A stretch of 33,771 nucleotides of DNA from positions 1-33,771 of the forward strand of contig JBAXKK010000021.1 of the NCBI GenBank assembly GCA_037137395.1, given 5' to 3'. Positions 25,687 to 33,771 of this stretch are shown here, in pieces; positions within the stretch are counted from its first letter, which is position 1, and the number at the start of each line of letters is the position of its first letter. The stretch is from Elusimicrobiota bacterium (GTDB taxonomy: Bacteria; Elusimicrobiota; Elusimicrobia; Elusimicrobiales; UBA9959). A program made the translations under genes and the position numbers. The notes under the pieces were generated by a model, which searched no databases, was not told where the DNA came from, and saw only the letters and a program-made list of their open reading frames with translations.

Positions 25687-27582
25687 ATGAATGATTTTTA
25701 TCCTTTATTGAAATGGGTCATCCTTCCGCCGCTAGCCGGGTTCATCCTTAACGGCCTGTTCGGGAAGAAATTCTTGGGCGAGAAGTGGGGAGGTTGGCTG
25801 GGAGCGGCGGCCATACTGGCGGCTTTTATCGCCTCCTGCCTCTGCCTGTCAGATCTGCTTAGCCTCCCGATAGAAAGCCGCCTGCTCCGCGACACCCTCT
25901 TCAACTGGATCTCGGCCGGCAATTTTTCCATAGATTTCGCCCTGCGCTTCGATCCGCTCTCCGCCGTAATGGCCATGGTCGTTACCGGCGTCAGTTTCCT
26001 GATCCATGTTTATTCCATCGGTTACATGCACGGCGACAAGGGCTTCAACCGTTATTTTGCCTACCTTAACCTGTTCGTGTCTTTCATGCTGATCCTGGTC
26101 CTGGCCGATAATCCGATTTTGATGTTCGTGGGTTGGGAGGGCGTAGGCCTGTGCTCCTACCTGCTAATCGGCTTCTGGTACGAAGATGAAAAGAACGCCG
26201 CGGCCGGAAAGAAGGCATTCATAACCAATCGCGTCGGCGACGCCGGGTTCCTCATCGGCCTTATGCTGATGTTCGGCCTGCTGGCTTCACAGGGGATCTT
26301 CGCCGCCGATTTTGAAACGCTGGCCCGGAGCGTCAATCTTTTAGACGGCAAAACCATACTTGGCTTCGGCGCGCCTACGGTTATAGGCCTGCTGCTGTTC
26401 TTTGGCGCAACCGGGAAATCGGCGCAGTTCCCGCTGTACGTATGGCTGCCTGACGCCATGGCCGGCCCCACGCCGGTCTCAGCCCTCATCCACGCGGCCA
26501 CCATGGTCACCGCCGGCGTTTATATGCTGGCGCGCATGGGCTTCCTTTACGCGCTGGCGCCGATAGCTCTTGAAGCGGTGCTTGTGGTCGGCTGTTTTAC
26601 GGCTTTCCTGAGCGCGATTATTGCCACTCTACAGAGCGACATAAAAAAAGTGCTGGCTTATTCAACCATCAGCCAGATAGGCTACATGTTCATGGCCGTG
26701 GGCGCCGGCTCCTACGCGGCCGGAGTCTTCCATCTCACTACTCACGCTTTCTTTAAAGCCCTGCTATTTCTGGCTGCCGGCTCGGTGATACACGGGATGT
26801 CGGGCGAGCAGGATATGTTCAAGATGGGCGGGCTCTCAAAAGAGATGCGCTTGACTTTTGTGCTTACGGCAGCGGGCTGTCTGGCCATCTCAGGCATACC
26901 GCCGCTTGCGGGCTTCTATTCAAAAGACCTCGTGCTGGAGCATGTGCACGCGCACGGCGTGCCAATCCTTTGGCTGACAGGGCTTGCCACCGCCGGCCTT
27001 ACGGCCTATTACATCACCCGCCTGATGATACTGACTTTCCTCGGGAAAAAGAATTCAGGAACTCACGCGCATGAATCGCCGCTGATAATGACAATACCGA
27101 TGGCCGCCTTGGCGGTGCTGGCCCTGACCGGCGGCTGGCTGGGGTCGAAATATCTCTTAACGTTCCTCGACCCGGCCGCGGCCGGTCTGCAGTCCGGCGC
27201 TGACCCCGAGGCCCGCAGGCTGATGTTGATATCGGTTGTTACGGCCCTGGCCGGCATAGCTTCCGGCTTCTTCTTTACAATACCGGTCTTATCTGAAGCT
27301 ATGGCCCTAAAGTTCAGGTTCGCGCGCGAAGTGATCCGCAACAAATTCTACGTGGACGAAATATATGAGTTCTCGATTATCAGGCCCCTTAAATGGGCGG
27401 CCGACAACGTGTTCTTCGGTTTCGTCGACGCCGGTCTGATAGACGGGCTTATGGTAAATGGCGCCGCAAAGCTGACTTACAGGGCGGGCCTGATCATCCG
27501 GAAAGTTCAGACCGGCAACGCTCAGCTATACGCCCTGGCCTTCACGGGAGGCCTGATACTGCTCCTATACTGGATTATGTAG
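25687..27582 (+). CDS. nuoL: NADH-quinone oxidoreductase subunit L
   Basis: WEGVGLCSYLLIGFW, GKSAQFPLYVWLPDAMAGPTPVSALIHAATMV, HAFFKALLFL. Confidence 0.96.
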   Translation: MNDFYPLLKWVILPPLAGFILNGLFGKKFLGEKWGGWLGAAAILAAFIASCLCLSDLLSLPIESRLLRDTLFNWISAGNFSIDFALRFDPLSAVMAMVVTGVSFLIHVYSIGYMHGDKGFNRYFAYLNLFVSFMLILVLADNPILMFVGWEGVGLCSYLLIGFWYEDEKNAAAGKKAFITNRVGDAGFLIGLMLMFGLLASQGIFAADFETLARSVNLLDGKTILGFGAPTVIGLLLFFGATGKSAQFPLYVWLPDAMAGPTPVSALIHAATMVTAGVYMLARMGFLYALAPIALEAVLVVGCFTAFLSAIIATLQSDIKKVLAYSTISQIGYMFMAVGAGSYAAGVFHLTTHAFFKALLFLAAGSVIHGMSGEQDMFKMGGLSKEMRLTFVLTAAGCLAISGIPPLAGFYSKDLVLEHVHAHGVPILWLTGLATAGLTAYYITRLMILTFLGKKNSGTHAHESPLIMTIPMAALAVLALTGGWLGSKYLLTFLDPAAAGLQSGADPEARRLMLISVVTALAGIASGFFFTIPVLSEAMALKFRFAREVIRNKFYVDEIYEFSIIRPLKWAADNVFFGFVDAGLIDGLMVNGAAKLTYRAGLIIRKVQTGNAQLYALAFTGGLILLLYWIM

Positions 27583-27586
27583 TAAA

Positions 27587-27761
27587 CGATTTACCGCAGG
27601 CCATAAGCTATAAGCCATAGGCTTTAGGCAGAATAGAGATTGTTTGCTGTTTACGCTTTACGATTCACGATTGCCGATTCACGTTTTACGATTTACGCTT
27701 TACGATTCACGATTGCCGATTCACGTTTTACGCTTCACGCTTTACGTTTTACGCTTTACGA
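27587..27761 (+). repeat. Composite 7-nt repeat element between nuoL and nuoM
   Basis: GCYATAR units, core GGCAGAATAGAGATTGTTTGCTGTTTAC, then 16 TTTACGN-type heptamers (27650-27761) containing a 42-nt near-exact duplication. Confidence 0.88.
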
Positions 27762-27766
27762 CTCTT

Positions 27767-29377
27767 ATGAACTTTATTGATTCTAATCTGCTAACCATAT
27801 TAATAATGCTGCCGCTGGCCGGCGCTCTGGCCCTTCTGTCAGTACCGAAAGGAAAGACCGCCCTGATAAAGAATCTGGCCTTCGGCGTCTCGGCCGCGGT
27901 GTTCCTCATCTCGCTCCGCCTTTACTTCGGCTTTGACGAGGCGAACGCAGCCATGCAGTTCGCGGTCAATAAGCCCTGGCTGCCCGACTGGGGGATAAAT
28001 TACCGGCTAGGCGTGGACGGCATAAGCCTGCTGATGCTGATGCTGACCACGTTCCTTACGCCGCTCGCTATCCTCGCCTCGTTCGATTATATACAGGAGC
28101 ACCAGAAGGCTTTTTACGCCGGGCTTCTGGCGCTCCAGACCGGCATGCTGGGCGTCTTTGCCGCGCTGGACGTCTTCCTGTTCTACGTCTTCTGGGAAGC
28201 CATGCTCATACCGATGTATTTTCTGATAGGCGTATGGGGCGGACCGAAGCGCATCTACGCGGCCCTTAAGTTTTTTATTTACACGATGCTGGGAAGCGTG
28301 CTGATGCTGGCCGCCATTATCTTCATCTGCCTCGCCCACAAGGAGCAGTTCGGCGTCTATTCTTTCAGCCTGTTCGATTTTTACCGGACGGCGTTCGACC
28401 TGAAAACGCAGCTCTGGCTTTTCGCAGCTTTCGCGCTGGCTTTCGCCATCAAAGTGCCACTGGTGCCTTTCCATACCTGGCTGCCCGACGCGCACGTGGA
28501 AGCCCCGACGGCGGGCAGCGTTTTGCTGGCCGGCGTACTGCTTAAGATGGGCGTGTACGGCTACCTGCGTTTCGCAGTGCCGATATTCCCGGCCGCGGCG
28601 CAGAGCTTCGCGCCCTGGCTGGCGGGGCTTGGCGTCATAGGCGTGATTTACGGCTCGCTGGTGGCCTGGAGCCAGCCCGACATGAAGAAGATGGTGGCCT
28701 ATTCCTCAGTCGCGCACATGGGCGTTATCATGCTCGGCATCGCGGCGTTCGAACCGGCGGCGGTTTCCGGCGCGATCCTGCAGATGGTAAACCACGGCCT
28801 GAGCACCGGCGCGCTCTTCCTTTTAGTCGGCGTCCTGTATGAGCGGCGCCATACCCGCATGATAGAAGACTACGGCGGCCTGGCGAAAGCGATGCCGGGC
28901 TTCTCGGCGGTCTTTATGATAGTGATGCTCTCTTCCATAGGCCTGCCCGGGCTTAACGGTTTTGTGGGAGAATTCCTTATACTTTTCGGCTCCTTCCGGG
29001 TGTACCCCTGGCTGGCCGCGGCGGCGGTTTCGGGCGTGATACTTTCAGCGGTCTACATGCTTGGGATGTACCAGCGCGTCATCTTCGGACCCGTGCGGCA
29101 CGAAGAGAACCGCCACCTGCCAGATCTCAGCGTCAGGGAATGGGGTTACCTGCTGCCGCTGCTGGTTTTTATAGTATTTATCGGCGTCTATCCCGCGCCT
29201 TTCCTCAGAAAGACGGACACGGCAGTTAGGGGGTATGTCAGCGCGGCAGCGCGGCAGCAGGACAGCGCGGCAGGACGGCAGGGGGACAGCGCGGCAGGTA
29301 GTTCGCTGACAAATAAAAACATCAAGCCGACACATTCTTACAAGGCAAGCCGCCGGGCAGCCAAGGAACGCCGATGA
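27767..29377 (+). CDS. nuoM: NADH-quinone oxidoreductase subunit M
   Basis: GVDGIS, FWEAMLIPMY, FAIKVPLVPFHTWLPDAHVEAPT, GLPGLNGFVGEF; start ATG 27767 (the ORF-track N-terminus is translated repeat). Confidence 0.96.
   Translation: MNFIDSNLLTILIMLPLAGALALLSVPKGKTALIKNLAFGVSAAVFLISLRLYFGFDEANAAMQFAVNKPWLPDWGINYRLGVDGISLLMLMLTTFLTPLAILASFDYIQEHQKAFYAGLLALQTGMLGVFAALDVFLFYVFWEAMLIPMYFLIGVWGGPKRIYAALKFFIYTMLGSVLMLAAIIFICLAHKEQFGVYSFSLFDFYRTAFDLKTQLWLFAAFALAFAIKVPLVPFHTWLPDAHVEAPTAGSVLLAGVLLKMGVYGYLRFAVPIFPAAAQSFAPWLAGLGVIGVIYGSLVAWSQPDMKKMVAYSSVAHMGVIMLGIAAFEPAAVSGAILQMVNHGLSTGALFLLVGVLYERRHTRMIEDYGGLAKAMPGFSAVFMIVMLSSIGLPGLNGFVGEFLILFGSFRVYPWLAAAAVSGVILSAVYMLGMYQRVIFGPVRHEENRHLPDLSVREWGYLLPLLVFIVFIGVYPAPFLRKTDTAVRGYVSAAARQQDSAAGRQGDSAAGSSLTNKNIKPTHSYKASRRAAKERR
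29241..29296 (+). repeat. 8-nt tandem array (GCGCGGCA type x7) inside the nuoM 3' end
   Basis: GCGCGGCA GCGCGGCA GCAGGACA GCGCGGCA GGACGGCA GGGGGACA GCGCGGCA. Confidence 0.75.
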
Positions 29378-30795
29378 ACCCTGAAATGGCAATCTACGCC
29401 GGACAATCCCTGGCCGTTCCGCTGACGCTGGTTCTGGCCGGCCTGACAGCTTTATTTATCCCGATAATTACCAAAAGGGATGATTCAACGCCCGGGCTGG
29501 TTATCCTTACCTCCTCGCTAATCCTGCTGGCCTTTTTCCCGGCATCCGGGACCGCTTTCATCTCAATGTTCTCGGGGGCGCTGACGCTCAGCCCATTCAC
29601 AAATTATCTCTGGCCGTTTTTTCTGGCGGCTCTGGCCTTCACGGCCCTTATCTCTCTTCGCGCGCGCGACGGAAAGCCGGGCGCGGGGGAATACTATTTT
29701 CTGCTGTCCATGGCGGCCCTGGGCCTCATATTCCTGGTCTCCGCCGGCGAGCTGCTGACGATATTCATCTCCGTGGAACTGCTTTCAGTCTGCCTCTACG
29801 CCCTGGCGGCCATCAACCGGAGCCCGACAGGAGCCGAAGCGGGGTATAAATATTTCCTCCTGGGGTCTTTCGGCACCGGCATGCTGGTTATGGGCTTCGC
29901 GCTGGTGTACGGCACAATGGGCACACTGAATCTGGACGCCATGAAGCTGGCGCTTGCTCCCGGCCTTCCGTTCCACCCCTTAACATCCGCTGGCTTTATA
30001 TTTCTGATAGCCGGATTCTCTTTTAAAGTGGCGCTGGTGCCTTTCCACATGTGGGTGCCAGATGTTTACGAAGGCGCGCCCACGCCCGTCTCGGCGTTTA
30101 TGGGCGCTGCGGTGAAAGCGGGCGGGATAGTGATACTTTACAGATTGTTCGCGGTTACCTCCGGCGCCCCGCAGTTCAGGGAGATCTTCTGGGCGCTCGC
30201 CGTTATCACCATGGTGCTCGGCAACCTTATGGCCCTGCCCCAGCATAACCTTAAGCGCCTGCTGGCCTATTCCAGCGTCTCTCACGCGGGGTATATCGTA
30301 ACTGGATTTTTCGGAGGGTCGGAAGGCCTTAAAGCGGCGCTGTTCTACCTGGTTGTCTACGCCGCGGCTACTATAGGAGCTTTCGCGGTGGTCGCCGCGC
30401 TGGAAAAAGATGAGCGGGGCGTGACGGTCAAAGAGCTCGCCGGCCTTTCGGGGCGGCATCCGTATCTGGCGGCCGCGATGACTCTTTTTATACTTTCGCT
30501 GGCAGGCATCCCGCCTCTGGCCGGCTTCTTCGGCAAATTTTATGTCTTCACCGCGGCCCTCAGGGGCGGGTGCGTATGGCTGGTTATAATAGCTCTGCTG
30601 ATGAGCGCGGTGTCGGCGTATTATTATCTGCGCGTGCTGGTGGCGATGTACATGGAGCATGAGCCCGCCGCGCTGGAGGCCGCGCCCTCGCGCGCTATGA
30701 ACCTGGCGCTCGTCCTGCTGGCCCTGATAGTGACCGCTCTGGGGATCTTCTCCGGCCCGCTATTGCGCCTAGCCCAATCCGCCGCTATTTTCTAA
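29374..30795 (+). CDS. nuoN: NADH-quinone oxidoreductase subunit N
   Basis: EAGYKYFLLG, FKVALVPFHMWVPDVYEGAPTPV, KRLLAYSSVSHAGY, SLAGIPPLAGF. Confidence 0.96.
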   Translation: MNPEMAIYAGQSLAVPLTLVLAGLTALFIPIITKRDDSTPGLVILTSSLILLAFFPASGTAFISMFSGALTLSPFTNYLWPFFLAALAFTALISLRARDGKPGAGEYYFLLSMAALGLIFLVSAGELLTIFISVELLSVCLYALAAINRSPTGAEAGYKYFLLGSFGTGMLVMGFALVYGTMGTLNLDAMKLALAPGLPFHPLTSAGFIFLIAGFSFKVALVPFHMWVPDVYEGAPTPVSAFMGAAVKAGGIVILYRLFAVTSGAPQFREIFWALAVITMVLGNLMALPQHNLKRLLAYSSVSHAGYIVTGFFGGSEGLKAALFYLVVYAAATIGAFAVVAALEKDERGVTVKELAGLSGRHPYLAAAMTLFILSLAGIPPLAGFFGKFYVFTAALRGGCVWLVIIALLMSAVSAYYYLRVLVAMYMEHEPAALEAAPSRAMNLALVLLALIVTALGIFSGPLLRLAQSAAIF

Positions 30796-30806
30796 AAACC
30801 AGCGTA

Positions 30807-31048
30807 CAATCGGAGTCCTGTTGAGGACATGGGCGTCAGCGGGCACGCTATCGGCCACACCGTGGCCGCGCTCCCGCGCAGACCTGGCCGTTGCGGCCAT
30901 CCGGTCTCGGCGCTTACGCAAGCCTCGCCCTGCGCGAAGGCCCGCCGAACCCATGCCCTCACCAGTACCCCGAACTGGCAGCCGCCGGAAACCCGATTGA
31001 ACTTCCGGCGGGCACGCCAAGGGAATTTAAATGGCGGGGGGCTTTTTT
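30807..31048. other. Highly structured intergenic element between nuoN and the acyl-CoA dehydrogenase (candidate cis-regulatory RNA/ncRNA)
   Basis: Stems 30822-30833/30950-30961, 30839-30844/30940-30945, 30852-30858/30862-30868, 30885-30890/30894-30899, 30962-30966/30974-30978 and 30982-30990/31003-31011; ends in a T run. Confidence 0.5.
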
Positions 31049-31125
31049 GTATCATAGAAGAGGAGTTTAAGGCTGACGCTTTAATTGTGCGCCCGTTCTG
31101 ACTGATTTTCGAAGGAGTTCTTAAC

Positions 31126-32280
31126 ATGGATTATTTATTGACCGAACAACAGGTTATGATGCGCGATCTCGCAAGGCAGATAGCCGACGAGAAAATAAAG
31201 CCGGTCGCGGCCCATTACGACGAGACCGAGGAATTCGCCTGGCCGATAATGAAAATAATCGCCGACAGCGATCTCTTCGGCGTATATATCCCGGAACAAT
31301 ACGGCGGCCTGGGCGGCGGCGTCATGGACATGTGCCTTATTACAGAAGAATTTTCCCGGGCCTGCGGCGGAATAGCGCTGGGCTACGCGGGAACGGGTCT
31401 GGGAACATTCCCTATACTTCTGTACGGTTCGGATGAGCAGAAACAGAGATTCCTGCCCGATATAGCGAAGGGCAAGCGGCTGGCCGCTTTCTGCATAACC
31501 GAGGCCGGAGCCGGCTCGGACGCGGGCTCAATAAAAACAACCGCCGTAAAAGACGGGGACCATTATATACTGAACGGGACCAAGCAATGGATAACGAACG
31601 CTGGCGAGGCCGAAGTTTACACGGTAATAGCGATCACCGATAAAACCAAAGGTTCCCGCGGCGCGAGCGCGTTCATAGTTGAAAAAGGCGCGAAGGGGAT
31701 GGAGTTTGGGAAGAAAGAGAAGAAGATGGGCATACGCGCTTCGGCTACGCGCGAAGTGATCTTCACCGACTGCAGGGTACCCGCCGCGAACCTCATATCT
31801 AAAGAGGGCATGGGATTTATCGTAGCCATGAAGACGCTGGACAATTCCAGGCCCGGAGTGGCGGCGCAGGCTGTCGGCATCGCCCAGGGAGCGCTGGATC
31901 ACGCCGTGGAATACGCCCGGACGCGCGTCCAGTTCGGCGCTCCGATCTCAAGCTTTCAGGCTATCCAGCACATGCTGGCAGACATGGGCACGCAGGTGGA
32001 GGCGGCGCGCGCGCTGGCCTACGCCACGGCCCGCATGGTTGATTCCGGCGCCAAGTCAATCTCCAAGGAATCAGCGATGTCCAAGCTTTTCGCGAGCGAT
32101 GTGGCGATGAAGGTAGCCAACGACGCCGTTCAGATCTTCGGCGGCTACGGCTACATGCGGGACTACCCGGTGGAGAAATATCTGCGCGACGCCAAGATCA
32201 CGCAGATCTACGAGGGCACAAACCAGATCCAGCGCAATGTAATAGCGGGCCACATGATAAAAGAGAGCCTGAAGAAATAA
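31126..32280 (+). CDS. Acyl-CoA dehydrogenase (butyryl-CoA dehydrogenase-like)
   Basis: [61 protein letters not shown]. Confidence 0.95.
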   Translation: MDYLLTEQQVMMRDLARQIADEKIKPVAAHYDETEEFAWPIMKIIADSDLFGVYIPEQYGGLGGGVMDMCLITEEFSRACGGIALGYAGTGLGTFPILLYGSDEQKQRFLPDIAKGKRLAAFCITEAGAGSDAGSIKTTAVKDGDHYILNGTKQWITNAGEAEVYTVIAITDKTKGSRGASAFIVEKGAKGMEFGKKEKKMGIRASATREVIFTDCRVPAANLISKEGMGFIVAMKTLDNSRPGVAAQAVGIAQGALDHAVEYARTRVQFGAPISSFQAIQHMLADMGTQVEAARALAYATARMVDSGAKSISKESAMSKLFASDVAMKVANDAVQIFGGYGYMRDYPVEKYLRDAKITQIYEGTNQIQRNVIAGHMIKESLKK

Positions 32281-32281
32281 C

Positions 32282-32436
32282 CGTAAAGCGGAAAGCGTAA
32301 AACGGAAAGAGTAAAAACATTTCAGTTCGCATCTTTTTTTCACGCTTCACGCTTCACGCTTTACGCTTTACGCTTCACGCTTTACGCTTTACGCTTCACG
32401 CTTTACGCTTTACGCTTCACGCTTTACGCTTTACGA
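32282..32436 (+). repeat. Hairpin-forming 7-nt arrays between the acyl-CoA dehydrogenase and etfB
   Basis: About five CGTAAAG-type units (32282-32315), then 14 TTYACGC units (32339-32436) with a 21-nt higher-order period. Confidence 0.9.
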
Positions 32437-32442
32437 ACTATC

Positions 32443-33225
32443 ATGAATATCATCGTCTGCATCAAGCAGGTGCCCAACACTACCGACGTCAGGATAGATC
32501 CTGTCACCAATACGCTTATCCGCGACGGAGTGGAGAGCGTTATAAATCCTTTCGACACCTACGCCATAGAGGAAGCCGCGCGGCTGAAAGAGCGCTGCGG
32601 CGGAAAAGTCACCGCGATCACGATGGGCCCGCCCCAGGCCGAAAGCGCGCTTAAAGAAGCTATCTCTCTCGGCTGCGACGAGGGAATCCTTGTTAGCGAC
32701 AGGAAGTTCGCCGGCTCCGATACCTGGGCCACCAGCTACACGCTGGCCGCCGCGATACGCAAGATAGCCGATTTCGACGTCATACTCTGCGGCAAGCAGG
32801 CCTCAGACGGCGACACCGCGCAGGTGGGCCCCGGGATCTCGGCGCACCTGAATATTCCGCAGGTCACCTACGTAAAAAAGATAGTGGAAATATCGGCGGG
32901 AGCGGCTAAGGTGGAGCGCATGACCGAAGAGGGCTACGATATTGTGGAGACCCCGCTGCCCTGCCTTTTCACCGTCGTCAAGGAAATTAACACTCCGCGC
33001 TTGCCGTCATTTAAAGGCATGATGCGCGCCAAATCCGCCAAGATCCTGAAATGGACAGCTGACGACATAGAAGCCGATCCGGCGGCGCTGGGCCTGGACG
33101 GGTCCCCGACGCGGGTGGTAAAGATCTTCACGCCCGAAGCCAGGAAGGGCGGTGAGATTCTCTCCGGCGCCACGGACGCCGTTTCAAAAGAGCTGGTTGA
33201 ACTTCTAAAGGATCTCGTAATATAA
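32443..33225 (+). CDS. etfB: Electron transfer flavoprotein beta subunit
   Basis: VCIKQVP, INPFDTYAIEEA, GSDTWAT, GKQASDGDTAQVGP. Confidence 0.95.
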   Translation: MNIIVCIKQVPNTTDVRIDPVTNTLIRDGVESVINPFDTYAIEEAARLKERCGGKVTAITMGPPQAESALKEAISLGCDEGILVSDRKFAGSDTWATSYTLAAAIRKIADFDVILCGKQASDGDTAQVGPGISAHLNIPQVTYVKKIVEISAGAAKVERMTEEGYDIVETPLPCLFTVVKEINTPRLPSFKGMMRAKSAKILKWTADDIEADPAALGLDGSPTRVVKIFTPEARKGGEILSGATDAVSKELVELLKDLVI

Positions 33226-33771
33226 TGGCAAGTTCCACAACTATATCTCTGGATAAGTGCACAGGCTGTTCGCTCTGCGTGAAGGCCTGCCCTTTCGGAG
33301 CCATACACATGGCCAATAAAAAGGCCGTGATAGACATGGCCAAATGCACTCTCTGCGGCGCCTGCGTGACGGCCTGCAAATTTCTGGCGATAGAGCTGAA
33401 GAAGGATTCCGGCCCTAAGAAGGACCTTTCCGGCTACAAGGACGTCTGGGTTTTCTGTGAGCAGAAGAAAGGCGCCATACAATCCATCTCTTTCGAGCTG
33501 CTCGGGGAAGGGCGCAAGCTGGCCGACAAGCTGGGCGTGAAGCTCTGCGCCGTAATGCTTGGCAGCGGCATAGAGTCGAAGGCGGCTGAGCTTTCGGAGC
33601 GCGGGGCGGACAAGATATACCTTGTAGATCACCCGGCGCTGAAATCATACCAGGACGACCCCTATACGGAAGTAATCGTAAATCTGGCCGCGGAGTATAA
33701 GCCCGAAATCATACTCTGCGGCGCCACGACTATCGGCAGAAGTCTTATATCCCGCGTGGCGATCAGGATCA
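33225..33771 (+). CDS. etfA: Electron transfer flavoprotein alpha subunit with N-terminal 2x[4Fe-4S] ferredoxin domain; runs off the window end
   Basis: Manual translation from ATG 33225: MASSTTISLDKCTGCSLCVKACPFGAI...KCTLCGACVTACKF...VWVFCEQ...SFELLGEGRKLA...GADK...ILCGATTIGRSL. Confidence 0.92.
   Translation, partial: MASSTTISLDKCTGCSLCVKACPFGAIHMANKKAVIDMAKCTLCGACVTACKFLAIELKKDSGPKKDLSGYKDVWVFCEQKKGAIQSISFELLGEGRKLADKLGVKLCAVMLGSGIESKAAELSERGADKIYLVDHPALKSYQDDPYTEVIVNLAAEYKPEIILCGATTIGRSLISRVAIRI

Noticed and set aside
27644..27766. Repetitive N-terminal extension of NuoM (likewise NuoG 21492-21545 and NuoD 18239-18274)
   Set aside because: These are translations of the intergenic heptamer arrays from non-ATG starts.
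30829..31101. 90-aa ORF, and a tRNA-like ...CCCTCACCA end at 30956-30964
   Set aside because: The ORF has no recognisable features and overlies strong stems; there is no TTCGA T-loop or cloverleaf, so it is not a tRNA.
21431..32436. Repeat arrays as CRISPR arrays
   Set aside because: Units are 7-nt tandem repeats without unique spacers, and no cas genes are present.

Overview
Bacterial chromosomal window, moderately GC-rich; the gene style suggests an anaerobe, possibly Elusimicrobiota (inference only). Left half (1-16.8 kb): metabolic genes (ATP-grasp ligase, esterase, thioredoxin, flavodoxin-ferredoxin, O-methyltransferase, M48 lipoprotein) mixed with many DNA-acting genes: a NERD nuclease-SF1 helicase, a PD-(D/E)xK-DUF2075 helicase, a DUF3800 RNase-H-like protein, an MBL hydrolase plus DinG helicase, DUF1016/YhcG and a DUF559 endonuclease. 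Right half: complete nuoA-N operon, then acyl-CoA dehydrogenase, etfB and a ferredoxin-fused etfA (partial). The most notable non-coding signals are: (1) a ~100-nt structured RNA with its own near-consensus sigma70 promoter, convergent on and abutting the DUF3800 gene (candidate protein-RNA system); (2) three copies of a CCGACA-N6-TGTCGG palindrome at a nearly fixed distance from extended -10 boxes in front of nuclease/repair genes (WYL/PafBC-like regulon); (3) 7-nt periodic repeat arrays in the larger nuo/etf spacers, including long inverted copies flanking nuoL; (4) two unexplained highly structured intergenic elements (1808-1968 and 30807-31048).
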